In this document: positions 1 through 7,944 of the stretch, one piece after another
Layout: the number at the start of each line of letters is the position of its first letter
How positions within the stretch are numbered: position 1 is the first letter of the stretch
IMG/VR virus record: IMGVR_UViG_2541047774_000002
Length of the DNA: 21,199 bases
Direction: 5' to 3' (one strand)
From: a virus
Lineage: Duplodnaviria > Heunggongvirae > Uroviricota > Caudoviricetes
The notes under the pieces: generated by a model
Database searches by the model: none
What the model saw: only the letters and a program-made list of their open reading frames with translations
Told to the model about the DNA's origin: nothing
Position numbers and translations under genes: made by a program

Positions 1-1254
1 ATGCTGGAACAAATGGGCATTGCCGCGAAGCAAGCCTCGTATAAATTAGCGCAACTCTCCAGCCGCGAAAAAAATCGCGTGCTGGAAAAAATCGCCGATG
101 AACTGGAAGCACAAAGCGAAATCATCCTCAACGCTAACGCCCAGGATGTTGCTGACGCGCGTGCCAATGGCCTTGGCGAAGCGATGCTTGACCGTCTGGC
201 ACTGACGCCCGCACGGCTGAAAGGCATTGCCGATGATGTGCGCCAGGTGTGTAACCTCGCCGATCCGGTGGGGCAGGTAATCGATGGCAGCGTACTGGAC
301 AGCGGCCTGCGTCTTGAGCGTCGTCGCGTACCGCTGGGGGTTATTGGCGTGATTTATGAAGCGCGCCCGAACGTGACGGTTGATGTCGCTTCGCTGTGCC
401 TGAAAACCGGTAACGCAGTGATTCTGCGTGGCGGTAAAGAAACCTGTCGCACTAACGCGGCAACGGTGGCGGTGATTCAGGACGCCCTGAAATCCTGTGG
501 CTTACCGGTGGGTGCCGTGCAGGCGATTGATAATCCTGACCGTGCGCTGGTCAGTGAAATGCTGCGTATGGATAAATACATCGACATGCTGATCCCGCGT
601 GGTGGCGCTGGTTTGCATAAACTGTGCCGCGAACAGTCGACGATCCCGGTGATCACAGGTGGTATAGGCGTATGCCATATTTATGTTGATGAAAGTGTAG
701 AGATTGCTGAAGCATTAAAAGTGATCGTCAACGCGAAAACTCAGCGTCCGAGCACATGTAATACGGTAGAAACGTTGCTGGTGAATAAAAACATCGCCGA
801 TAGCTTCCTGCCCGCATTAAGCAAACAAATGGAGGAAAGCGGCGTGGCATTACACGCAGATGCAGCTGCGCTGGCGCAGTTGCAGACAGGCCCCGCGAAG
901 GTGGTGGCTGTTAAAGCGGAAGAGTATGACGATGAGTTTCTGTCATTAGATTTGAACGTCAAAATCGTCAGTGATCTTGACGATGCCATCGCCCATATTC
1001 GTGAACACGGCACACAACACTCCGATGCGATCCTGACCCGCGATATGCGCAACGCCCAGCGTTTTGTTAACGAAGTGGATTCGTCCGCTGTTTACGTTAA
1101 CGCCTCTACGCGTTTTACCGACGGCGGCCAGTTTGGACTAGGTGCGGAAGTGGCGGTAAGCACACAAAAACTCCACGCGCGTGGCCCAATGGGGCTGGAA
1201 GCACTGACCACTTACAAGTGGATCGGTATTGGTGATTACACCATTCGTGCGTAA
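1..1254 (+). CDS. proA: gamma-glutamyl phosphate reductase
   Basis: 417-aa ORF starting at window base 1; sequence recognised as enterobacterial ProA ([21 protein letters not shown]...); lies directly upstream of thrW as in E. coli. Identity from memory, not from a search. Confidence 0.95.
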   Translation: MLEQMGIAAKQASYKLAQLSSREKNRVLEKIADELEAQSEIILNANAQDVADARANGLGEAMLDRLALTPARLKGIADDVRQVCNLADPVGQVIDGSVLDSGLRLERRRVPLGVIGVIYEARPNVTVDVASLCLKTGNAVILRGGKETCRTNAATVAVIQDALKSCGLPVGAVQAIDNPDRALVSEMLRMDKYIDMLIPRGGAGLHKLCREQSTIPVITGGIGVCHIYVDESVEIAEALKVIVNAKTQRPSTCNTVETLLVNKNIADSFLPALSKQMEESGVALHADAAALAQLQTGPAKVVAVKAEEYDDEFLSLDLNVKIVSDLDDAIAHIREHGTQHSDAILTRDMRNAQRFVNEVDSSAVYVNASTRFTDGGQFGLGAEVAVSTQKLHARGPMGLEALTTYKWIGIGDYTIRA

Positions 1255-1368
1255 ATAAAACCGGGTGATGCAAAAGTAGCCATTTGATTCACAAGGCCAT
1301 TGACGCATCGCCCGGTTAGTTTTAACCTTGTCCACCGTGATTCACGTTCGTGAACATGTCCTTTCAGG

Positions 1369-1444
1369 GCCGATATAGCTCAGTTGGTAGAGCAGCGCAT
1401 TCGTAATGCGAAGGTCGTAGGTTCGACTCCTATTATCGGCACCA
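1369..1444 (+). tRNA. thrW: tRNA-Thr, anticodon CGT
   Basis: 76-nt sequence GCCGATATAGCTCAGTTGGTAGAGC...GGTTCGACTCC...CCA; anticodon CGT at tRNA positions 34-36; D-loop and T-loop (GGTTCGA) consensus; encoded 3' CCA. Confidence 0.95.
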
Positions 1445-1461
1445 TTCAAACATCTCCCCAA

Positions 1462-1537
1462 GTCTACTAAAGTCTTTCAAAACCCCTTATAATCCACGTA
1501 TTAAAGCCCCGTTCGTCTTTTGACGTCTACTAAAGTC
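1462..1537. repeat. two 13-bp direct repeats GTCTACTAAAGTC (1462-1474, 1525-1537), each followed by yyTCAAAAyC; candidate integrase arm-type sites / attL
   Basis: Exact 13-bp repeat read twice, 63 bp apart, in the 165-bp gap between the tRNA 3' end and the integrase start. Confidence 0.4.
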
Positions 1538-1609
1538 CCTCAAAATCTACGGTCAGATGGGGGTACTTATGGGGGTATTTGCTGTTCGGTTTAGTGGAGG
1601 TACCCCCAA

Positions 1610-2824
1610 GTGAAACTCAATGCCCGTCAAATAGACACAGCCAAGCCAAAAGAGAAGGCTTACAAGCTGGCCGATGGTGGCGGTTTGTATCTCTTGGTAA
1701 AACCTAATGGAGGTAAATACTGGCGACTTAAATATCGTGTAGCTGGTAAAGAGAAGCTATTGGCACTAGGTGTGTATCCTGAGGTTACTCTAGCCGATGC
1801 TCGGGCAAAACGTGAAGATGCGAAAAGAGGTATCGCTGGTGGTATCGATCCGATGGAAGCGAAACGAGAGGAAAAGATTGCCCGGGAAACGCAGTTAAAC
1901 AACACCTTCAAAGATATTGCCCTTGAGTGGCACAGTAGCAAATTAAAAAAATGGTCTGCTGGTTATGCTTCAGACATCCTCGAAGCCTTCAACAAAGATG
2001 TGTTCCCTTACATTGGCAAAAAACCAATCGCCGAAATCAAACCACTTGAACTTCTGAATGTGCTGCGGCGCATCGAGGGGCGAGGTGCTACAGAAAAAGC
2101 CAAAAAAGTGAGGCAGCGGTGCGGGGAAGTTTTCCGCTATGCAATAGTCACTGGTCGCGCAGAGTATAACCCTGCACCAGACCTTACTAGCGCGATGCAA
2201 GGCCATGAATCTAATCATTACCCTTTCCTTACAGCCAAAGAATTACCTGATTTTTTCAAGGCATTGTCCAGTTACTCAGGAAGCGCATTGGTTGTTATGG
2301 CGGCTCGTCTACTGATTATCACCGGCTTGCGAACTGGCGAACTACGTGGCGCATTATGGGATGAAATTGATTTCAACAAGGCTATCTGGGAGATACCCGC
2401 TTCACGTATGAAAATGCGGCGGCCTCATATTGTGCCATTGTCTGAGCAGGCTCTTTCGCTTATTGGGAAGATTAGAGAAATAACAGGCAATTACCCTCTT
2501 ATGTTTCCCGGGCGCAATGATCCAAGGAAAACAATGAGTGAGGCCAGCATAAACCAAGTGTTTAAGCGCATTGGCTACGCTGGACGTGTAACTGGTCATG
2601 GGTTCCGGCACACTATGAGTACGATTTTGCATGAGCAGGGCTATAACACTGCGTGGATAGAAACACAGCTCGCTCACGTTGATAAGAACTCAATTCGTGG
2701 CACATACAACCATGCGCAATATCTGGATGGAAGGCGGGAGATGCTTCAATGGTATGCCGACTATATGGATTCTCTCGAGCATGGCGGAAATGTGGTGCAT
2801 ATGGTGTTTGAAAAACACGCATGA
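1610..2824 (+). CDS. tyrosine integrase, P4-type (N-terminal arm-binding domain plus catalytic core)
   Basis: GTG start with GGAGG about 10 nt upstream; 404 aa; N-terminus LADGGGLYLLVKPNGGKYWRLKYRVAGKEKLLALGVYPEV typical of P4-family integrases; C-terminal HGFRHT and RGTYNHAQY motifs (His-x-x-Arg, Tyr nucleophile); sits next to a tRNA 3' end. Confidence 0.9.
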   Translation: MKLNARQIDTAKPKEKAYKLADGGGLYLLVKPNGGKYWRLKYRVAGKEKLLALGVYPEVTLADARAKREDAKRGIAGGIDPMEAKREEKIARETQLNNTFKDIALEWHSSKLKKWSAGYASDILEAFNKDVFPYIGKKPIAEIKPLELLNVLRRIEGRGATEKAKKVRQRCGEVFRYAIVTGRAEYNPAPDLTSAMQGHESNHYPFLTAKELPDFFKALSSYSGSALVVMAARLLIITGLRTGELRGALWDEIDFNKAIWEIPASRMKMRRPHIVPLSEQALSLIGKIREITGNYPLMFPGRNDPRKTMSEASINQVFKRIGYAGRVTGHGFRHTMSTILHEQGYNTAWIETQLAHVDKNSIRGTYNHAQYLDGRREMLQWYADYMDSLEHGGNVVHMVFEKHA

Positions 2825-3132
2825 AACAACTGGACAAGTGTACAGAGGTTTACTAAAGTATAGGGGAGTAGATTGATAAAAACTCACAGAGGATTGCTAT
2901 TTACCAGTTAGCCTTGGAGAAGGGCAATCGCTCTTTTATAAACGAAGGTGTATTGAGCCTTCTACGCTGCTGAAAAGCGGAATGTTCTTTAACAGGCTTT
3001 GGCGCTGACAAAGCGCAATTGTTCTTTAAAACTACTGGATGTCACGCCTAATAGCGTGATCCTGCCGAAATGCAGGGTAGCTCTACCCTTGTGGAGCAAA
3101 CAAACCAAAACAATCTGACTATCTTTTATAAA

Positions 3133-3163
3133 AGACCGCAATATGTTTTTCATATTGTGGTCT
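3133..3163. promoter_or_regulatory. inverted repeat AGACCGCAATATG-ttttt-CATATTGTGGTCT (one mismatch) upstream of alpA; candidate operator or hairpin
   Basis: 13-bp arms with a 5-nt loop read in the 430-bp int-alpA intergenic region; function unknown. Confidence 0.3.
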
Positions 3164-3251
3164 TTGGCGTATTCGACATTTGACGCAAATAAAACTCTCG
3201 CCATTCGTTGCAGGAGGGGGTTATTGCGTCATTAGTACAGGATATTAATAA

Positions 3252-3455
3252 ATGGCTAATTACAATTCATTAATTCGTCTCTCTGAAGTTCAAAGGCGAA
3301 CTGGTTATAGCAAAGCATGGATTTATCGTCTTATTAGTCAGGGGAGGTTCCCTAAACAGGTAAAAATTGGAAGTCGGGCTATTGCTTTTGTTGAGTCTGA
3401 AATAGATGAATGGATTGAGAAGTGTATATTAGAATCTAGAGACGAGGTGGCCTGA
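3252..3455 (+). CDS. alpA: AlpA-family HTH transcriptional regulator (excisionase-like)
   Basis: 67 aa; LIRLSEVQRRTGYSKAWIYRLISQGRFPKQVKIGSRAIAFVESEIDEWI matches the AlpA/Vis pattern (HTH, then FP-x-P-V-K-I/L-G-x-R-x-x-x-W, then E-x-E-x-W); position after int is typical of P4/PICI-like elements. Confidence 0.8.
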   Translation: MANYNSLIRLSEVQRRTGYSKAWIYRLISQGRFPKQVKIGSRAIAFVESEIDEWIEKCILESRDEVA

Positions 3456-3886
3456 TGGAAAAGAAAAACCGCCCATTACAGGCGGCTAATTCAGATATTC
3501 GCGTATCTGATATTACGCCCCTTACAAAATCCCTTCAAGCACCAAAGCGCACACCGAAAAAGCATCGTGCCCGAGTCTATATGCTGCGTACTGGTATAGA
3601 GGGATGGACAGAAAACGACATTCTTCGCTACTGCCGTCTGTCTTCTGGTCGTAACTATGCAACAGAGTTAGAACGCCAGCTTGGAATCACTCTGGAGCGT
3701 ATCGACGAAAAGAATCCTGATGGTATCGGAACACACCTTCGCTACCGTTTCTCCTGCCGTGGTGATGTTCTGAAAGTGATCACTCATATTAACCATCTTG
3801 CGAACATAAATGATCACAACGGACTTTCTCAGCAGGAAATTGCCGACATTCTGAAACTCTACCCGGACGCGTTTAACGCCGCTTAA
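3455..3886 (+). CDS. hypothetical protein, 143 aa, basic N-terminus
   Basis: Start overlaps alpA stop (TGATG); ordinary amino-acid composition; no motif I can name. Confidence 0.6.
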   Translation: MEKKNRPLQAANSDIRVSDITPLTKSLQAPKRTPKKHRARVYMLRTGIEGWTENDILRYCRLSSGRNYATELERQLGITLERIDEKNPDGIGTHLRYRFSCRGDVLKVITHINHLANINDHNGLSQQEIADILKLYPDAFNAA

Positions 3887-3898
3887 CGGAGACTGAAA

Positions 3899-4732
3899 AT
3901 GAACATCGAAAAAAGCAGATTAATTTCTGAGGCCGCCCCTCATCTGAACGCCTCTCTGAGCACAATTAACGGTAATGAATTTGCCGCAATTGTCCCGGTT
4001 ATTCCTGGTCATATCGGTGGGCGTGAAACCAATATTGTTAGCGCAAAAGCGTTACACAAAGCGTTGGGCGTGGGAAAAGACTTCTCTACATGGATCACTG
4101 ATCGCATCTCTGAATATGACTTCACCATTGGGCACGATTACTCAGTCCATAAAACTATTTCCCCAAATTTGGGGAAAAGCCCGAATGGCGCGGCTTACAG
4201 CAAGATTAAGCAGTCTGGCAGACCCGGCAAAGACTATCTGTTAAGTGTCGGAATGGCGAAAGAACTGGCAATGATCGAACGCAATGATCAGGGTCGCGCT
4301 ATCCGCCGTTATTTCATCCAGTGCGAGGAAGAATTACAGCGTAGCGTTCCTGAAATCGCCGCCCGCTATCGTCGCCAGCTAAAAGCCCGTATCAGTGCCG
4401 CAAACAACTTTAAGCCAATGTGCGATGCGCTGAATATGGCCCGTGCCGAGCAGGGGAAAACGACGCAGCAACACCACTACACAAACGAGAGCAATATGAT
4501 TTCTCGTATCGTTCTTGGTGGGCTAACTGCTAAGCAGTGGGCGCGGATAAATGGCTATTCTGGCGAACCTCGCGACCATATGAACGCAGAACAACTTGAG
4601 CACCTCTCATATCTCGAAAGCACCAATATCACGTTAATTGATATGGGCATGGAATATGAGCAGCGCAAAGGAGAACTCACCCGCCTGTCGCAACGCTGGC
4701 TCGCTAAGCGTCTGGAGGTGGTCCATGTTTAA
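3899..4732 (+). CDS. phage antirepressor-like protein (Bro-N/KilAC-type, tentative)
   Basis: 277 aa; GGAGACTG RBS; central segment DYLLSVGMAKELAMIERNDQGRAIRRYFIQCEEEL resembles antirepressor/KilA-type DNA-binding proteins; family assignment is from memory. Confidence 0.55.
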   Translation: MNIEKSRLISEAAPHLNASLSTINGNEFAAIVPVIPGHIGGRETNIVSAKALHKALGVGKDFSTWITDRISEYDFTIGHDYSVHKTISPNLGKSPNGAAYSKIKQSGRPGKDYLLSVGMAKELAMIERNDQGRAIRRYFIQCEEELQRSVPEIAARYRRQLKARISAANNFKPMCDALNMARAEQGKTTQQHHYTNESNMISRIVLGGLTAKQWARINGYSGEPRDHMNAEQLEHLSYLESTNITLIDMGMEYEQRKGELTRLSQRWLAKRLEVVHV

Positions 4733-4907
4733 GCCGACAGGAACACCACAACCTCAAAAACGCTACAAGGATGCCCACGGAGCACTCGTTACTGTCGAAA
4801 GCGTGTCTCACAACCGAGTGACGTTTTATCGCGACGGGTATCAATCGCCATGCGTACAACCGCTGGCGCGCTTCATGAAGGAGTTCGCGGAGGTTAACAA
4901 ATGCTAA
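4725..4907 (+). CDS. small hypothetical protein (60 aa)
   Basis: ATG 6 nt after a strong GGAGGTGG SD, overlapping the stop of the preceding gene; the track ORF 4638-4907 probably starts here. Confidence 0.45.
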   Translation: MFKPTGTPQPQKRYKDAHGALVTVESVSHNRVTFYRDGYQSPCVQPLARFMKEFAEVNKC

Positions 4908-5338
4908 CCGTCCAGAAGAAGATATTTTCACTGGCTGGTATGTCGCCAAAATCCAGCAATATGACAGCAAAGTCTGGCATTAATACAGCAGATACAAGCA
5001 AAGTTTATCATTTTCTGGTGGTGGGAGCGGATGCCTTAACTATGTCAGAAATTACGGTCGATGGTGTTAGCGTTGAGAAGGTCGGCGGCTGCGCCAGAGA
5101 ATTTCTGGTCGTAGATGGCTTTCTCTGCTCGCGTAGTGACTCCACAAAAACCTTCGTCCACACGCGCGACGTTAACGAAATGAGCGCGATGTATTGTGCA
5201 TCTGGTGCTTCCAATAGTGAGTTTTCGGAGTCCATAAAAAAGAGCTTGCCGTTATGCGGCAACACGGTTTATGGTTATAAGGCACCTCATAAAACGGGTG
5301 CCGGGTTTCGCAGCCCGGAAATGTACGAGGCGACACAT

Positions 5339-5360
5339 GACGCGCCGAGCGTCTTTTTTT
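5339..5360 (+). terminator. possible rho-independent terminator (GACGC-gccga-GCGTC then TTTTTTT)
   Basis: 5-bp stem, 5-nt loop, 7 T; the stem is short so this is weak. Confidence 0.3.
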
Positions 5361-5562
5361 GTGCCGTTAGCCAGACTCACACTTTTTTCAGTGATGCGGT
5401 TATAATCCGCGTCGCTTGCAAAATTATGGTGGGCTGGACAGGGCAGCCGAAAGGCTGGCCGGTTTCCTTGTACGCCGGTACTGCGAACTCTGTTCAGTCC
5501 ACCACCAGCGAGTTTCGCAGCTCCGGTGGTGGGAAGAATTCCCAGTACAAGGAGGCTGCCAC

Positions 5563-5757
5563 ATGCTGGCTACTACCCCTACCCAAAAACCGCAATTTAT
5601 CTGGATTATCGCCGCAGTTCGCCGCGATTGCCCGACAATTACCGCCAAAATTCATCATATTGCTGCCGAGTCTGAACGCGATGCTCGCCGTTCTCTGGTG
5701 CGCGATCACGTCTGCTTTTTTGCTGGTCGTATCCGCATGGAGGTGGCACATGATTAA
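5563..5757 (+). CDS. small hypothetical protein (64 aa)
   Basis: ATG preceded by a near-consensus SD AAGGAGG at 5549-5555; first gene of a translationally coupled chain that runs to the primase; function unknown. Confidence 0.5.
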   Translation: MLATTPTQKPQFIWIIAAVRRDCPTITAKIHHIAAESERDARRSLVRDHVCFFAGRIRMEVAHD

Positions 5758-5968
5758 AACCTACGATGTGCATATGGATCCCCTCGAACGCACAAGCCAG
5801 ATCATCACACTGACAGAAGTGATTAATGACATTCTGGTGAGCAACTCTCCCTCACGAGACGAAAAACTGAAGGCGTTACTCGCGATATTGGATCTCGCCG
5901 TTCGTGACGTTCATTTCCTGCTGGAAGGTGGCGAAATGCCAGGAAAAACGGGGGCAACCAATGAATAA
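5750..5968 (+). CDS. hypothetical protein (72 aa)
   Basis: ATG overlaps the upstream stop (ATGATTAA); GGAGG upstream; this is the 3' segment of the 355-aa track ORF, whose upstream part I reject. Confidence 0.5.
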   Translation: MIKTYDVHMDPLERTSQIITLTEVINDILVSNSPSRDEKLKALLAILDLAVRDVHFLLEGGEMPGKTGATNE

Positions 5969-6155
5969 CTCAATTAATGCCCCTCGACTTACGTCCGCAC
6001 TTCAATTAATCGAGCAAGCAGCGGCTGTCCTGGTTGCTGTCAGTCTTTCGGCTGAAGAAATGGACGCTGCTGATGTCGTGGATGCGATTAAAGCGTGCTC
6101 ATCTTTGGTTAACGATGCTCGTGCAGAGCTGGTAATTCTTGGGGGTGAAAAATGA
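5961..6155 (+). CDS. hypothetical protein (64 aa)
   Basis: ATG overlapping the upstream stop (ATGAATAA); alternative start at 5904 in the track. Confidence 0.45.
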   Translation: MNNSINAPRLTSALQLIEQAAAVLVAVSLSAEEMDAADVVDAIKACSSLVNDARAELVILGGEK

Positions 6156-6415
6156 ATATCAACTTAATTTATCGTCATCCGTGTGAGCTGGAAATTGAAT
6201 CATTGCTGAGCCGTGAAGAGCCATATCCAGACACATTCACTCTTGCAGATCGCACGACTGAACGGCTTACCAGAGCGCGCACAGGTCTGGTTCATGTGAT
6301 GAATGAGATTCTTCCATCGGTGGGAGGGGAACAGGCGACAGTAATCACTAGCTGGCTACAAAAAGTTACCTCTCTGATAGATATCAGTTTAATCGATGCG
6401 GAGAGTGCGAAATGA
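6152..6415 (+). CDS. hypothetical protein (87 aa)
   Basis: ATGA start/stop overlap with the upstream gene; acidic protein. Confidence 0.55.
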   Translation: MNINLIYRHPCELEIESLLSREEPYPDTFTLADRTTERLTRARTGLVHVMNEILPSVGGEQATVITSWLQKVTSLIDISLIDAESAK

Positions 6416-6633
6416 CCAACATCCAGCTCATTGAAGCACAATGTCGCATCGAACAGGTTCAGACTGTTTTAGGGTTCTGGCTTGAAGGGGCCAGCCCCAG
6501 CAACAGAGACAAGTTAATGATTGGCGCGGTTATGTCACTGCTCAATGGCGTACCAGAAGCTATTCAGGAAGCAGACGAATTGTTGGGCAAATATGAGTTA
6601 CAGAATCATTCAGGCGAGGCGAAACATGAATAA
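6412..6633 (+). CDS. hypothetical protein (73 aa)
   Basis: ATGA overlap with the upstream gene. Confidence 0.55.
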   Translation: MTNIQLIEAQCRIEQVQTVLGFWLEGASPSNRDKLMIGAVMSLLNGVPEAIQEADELLGKYELQNHSGEAKHE

Positions 6634-7228
6634 TTTCTTAACTTTCCATGCAGAAGCAACGCCTGACGGCGTAAACATCATGTACCGCAGCAACGATGGA
6701 ATGACAGAACGCGTTGAGGCCGTCTCATATATTGATGCCGTAAATCGTCTGGATGCCGGGGATTATGACGATAAACCAGATGAAGGTATGTCAATACATC
6801 TCGCTATAGCCGATGGCGGCAACCAGGGATATTTCGATTACACATCACAGCATAACGTCATTATGTGGAGATGGCTGATCGCAACAGTATTCATGCTGGA
6901 AATGAGAGAGGAAAACGGCACTGTCAGCATCATTGATGATACTGGCAATCCTTCCGAAGTGGCTGTTTATTCCAACGGCATCGTCGCCATGCCGCTGTAT
7001 CCAGTAGCAGAGCGCCTCGCTATGGCAAACAACATTGAGGGCGCGATGATAGAACGTTTTGGCATCGAGTCTGGCACAGAACGCGCCATCATTTTCTACA
7101 GAGCCATGATGGATGTGGAACAAGGAGCACTGACTCCATTTGGTCGTGAAACGCTTGCTGAACTTCACAACAGCTTTATAGCTGAACTGAATGAAAACGG
7201 CATGCCAGCGGAACCAGTGACGCACTGA
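6626..7228 (+). CDS. hypothetical protein (200 aa)
   Basis: ATG at 6626 overlaps the upstream stop; the track's alternative start at 6521 is less likely because it would overlap the preceding gene by more than 100 nt. Confidence 0.55.
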   Translation: MNNFLTFHAEATPDGVNIMYRSNDGMTERVEAVSYIDAVNRLDAGDYDDKPDEGMSIHLAIADGGNQGYFDYTSQHNVIMWRWLIATVFMLEMREENGTVSIIDDTGNPSEVAVYSNGIVAMPLYPVAERLAMANNIEGAMIERFGIESGTERAIIFYRAMMDVEQGALTPFGRETLAELHNSFIAELNENGMPAEPVTH

Positions 7229-7238
7229 GGATGGAACC

Positions 7239-7580
7239 ATGATTACTAAAAATTTCCGACTGAATGCGCTGGCAAATAAGTATGCGTCGGCACTGTATAA
7301 CCACATTACCTCCACCAGCGGCGGGGACTATTTCATGGTTGATGCGGACGGCGAGGCCGTCCGTGTGGAAATCGTCAATGGAGTAAAAGGCGTTCGCAGC
7401 CTGATCGATAGCTACACACTAGCAACCATGAAAGTGTTCTACCCGCAGTGGGAAACCGTGGGGATCGAGCTTCTTGATCGTTGCGTCACTAAGGACGGAT
7501 TGACTGACGTTGGGCGCGAGATATGGCAAAGCATGGTTAATGACATGGGCGCAACTGTAGCGGGAGGTTCTCATGCGTGA
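7239..7580 (+). CDS. hypothetical protein (113 aa)
   Basis: ORF with GAGG about 8 nt upstream; same operon. Confidence 0.6.
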   Translation: MITKNFRLNALANKYASALYNHITSTSGGDYFMVDADGEAVRVEIVNGVKGVRSLIDSYTLATMKVFYPQWETVGIELLDRCVTKDGLTDVGREIWQSMVNDMGATVAGGSHA

Positions 7581-7944
7581 AAATGCAGAAATGGCGCTTA
7601 GCTCCGCAATCGGAGAGCAGGTGGCAAAGATTGCTGGTGCTGTGTGGATTCATAACCTTCATTCTACTGGTGAAGAGAAAATGGCAATTCAGACGCCAGA
7701 GGGACGCACCATTACTACATCTCTGAAGCCGTCAGATGTTTGTGATCTGATTTGCGCATTCATGTACCCAGCAATGAGGACTGCCCACGGCGATAAGTGG
7801 AAACTTGCGACAACCGCTGAATTTGATATGTGGCTAAACAATGATGGCATGCTGACTGATTACGGAATAACCAAGTGGCAGATGCTGGTTAGCCATATCG
7901 CAAACGCTATAGACCACGTGGGGTACGGTGATGCGAAACATTGA
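7573..7944 (+). CDS. hypothetical protein (123 aa)
   Basis: Overlaps both neighbours; same operon, immediately upstream of the primase. Confidence 0.6.
   Translation: MRENAEMALSSAIGEQVAKIAGAVWIHNLHSTGEEKMAIQTPEGRTITTSLKPSDVCDLICAFMYPAMRTAHGDKWKLATTAEFDMWLNNDGMLTDYGITKWQMLVSHIANAIDHVGYGDAKH

Noticed and set aside
741-1335. Minus-strand ORFs 741-1052 and 1138-1335 overlapping proA
   Set aside because: Antisense shadow ORFs inside a well-supported housekeeping gene, with no independent signal.
1255-1368. Long-range inverted repeat AACCGGGTGATGC ... GCATCGCCCGGTT and a TTGACG hexamer between proA and thrW, considered as proA terminator or thrW promoter
   Set aside because: No adjacent T-run for a terminator and no acceptable -10 at correct spacing from TTGACG; could not be supported from sequence alone, so not annotated.
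4901-5749. Upstream 283 codons of the 355-aa track ORF 4901-5968
   Set aside because: S/T/C-rich, protein-atypical composition, no SD at 4901, and it crosses a terminator-like hairpin and a promoter-like TATAAT; only the last 72 codons (5750-5968) look like a real gene. Treated as non-coding leader or regulatory region.
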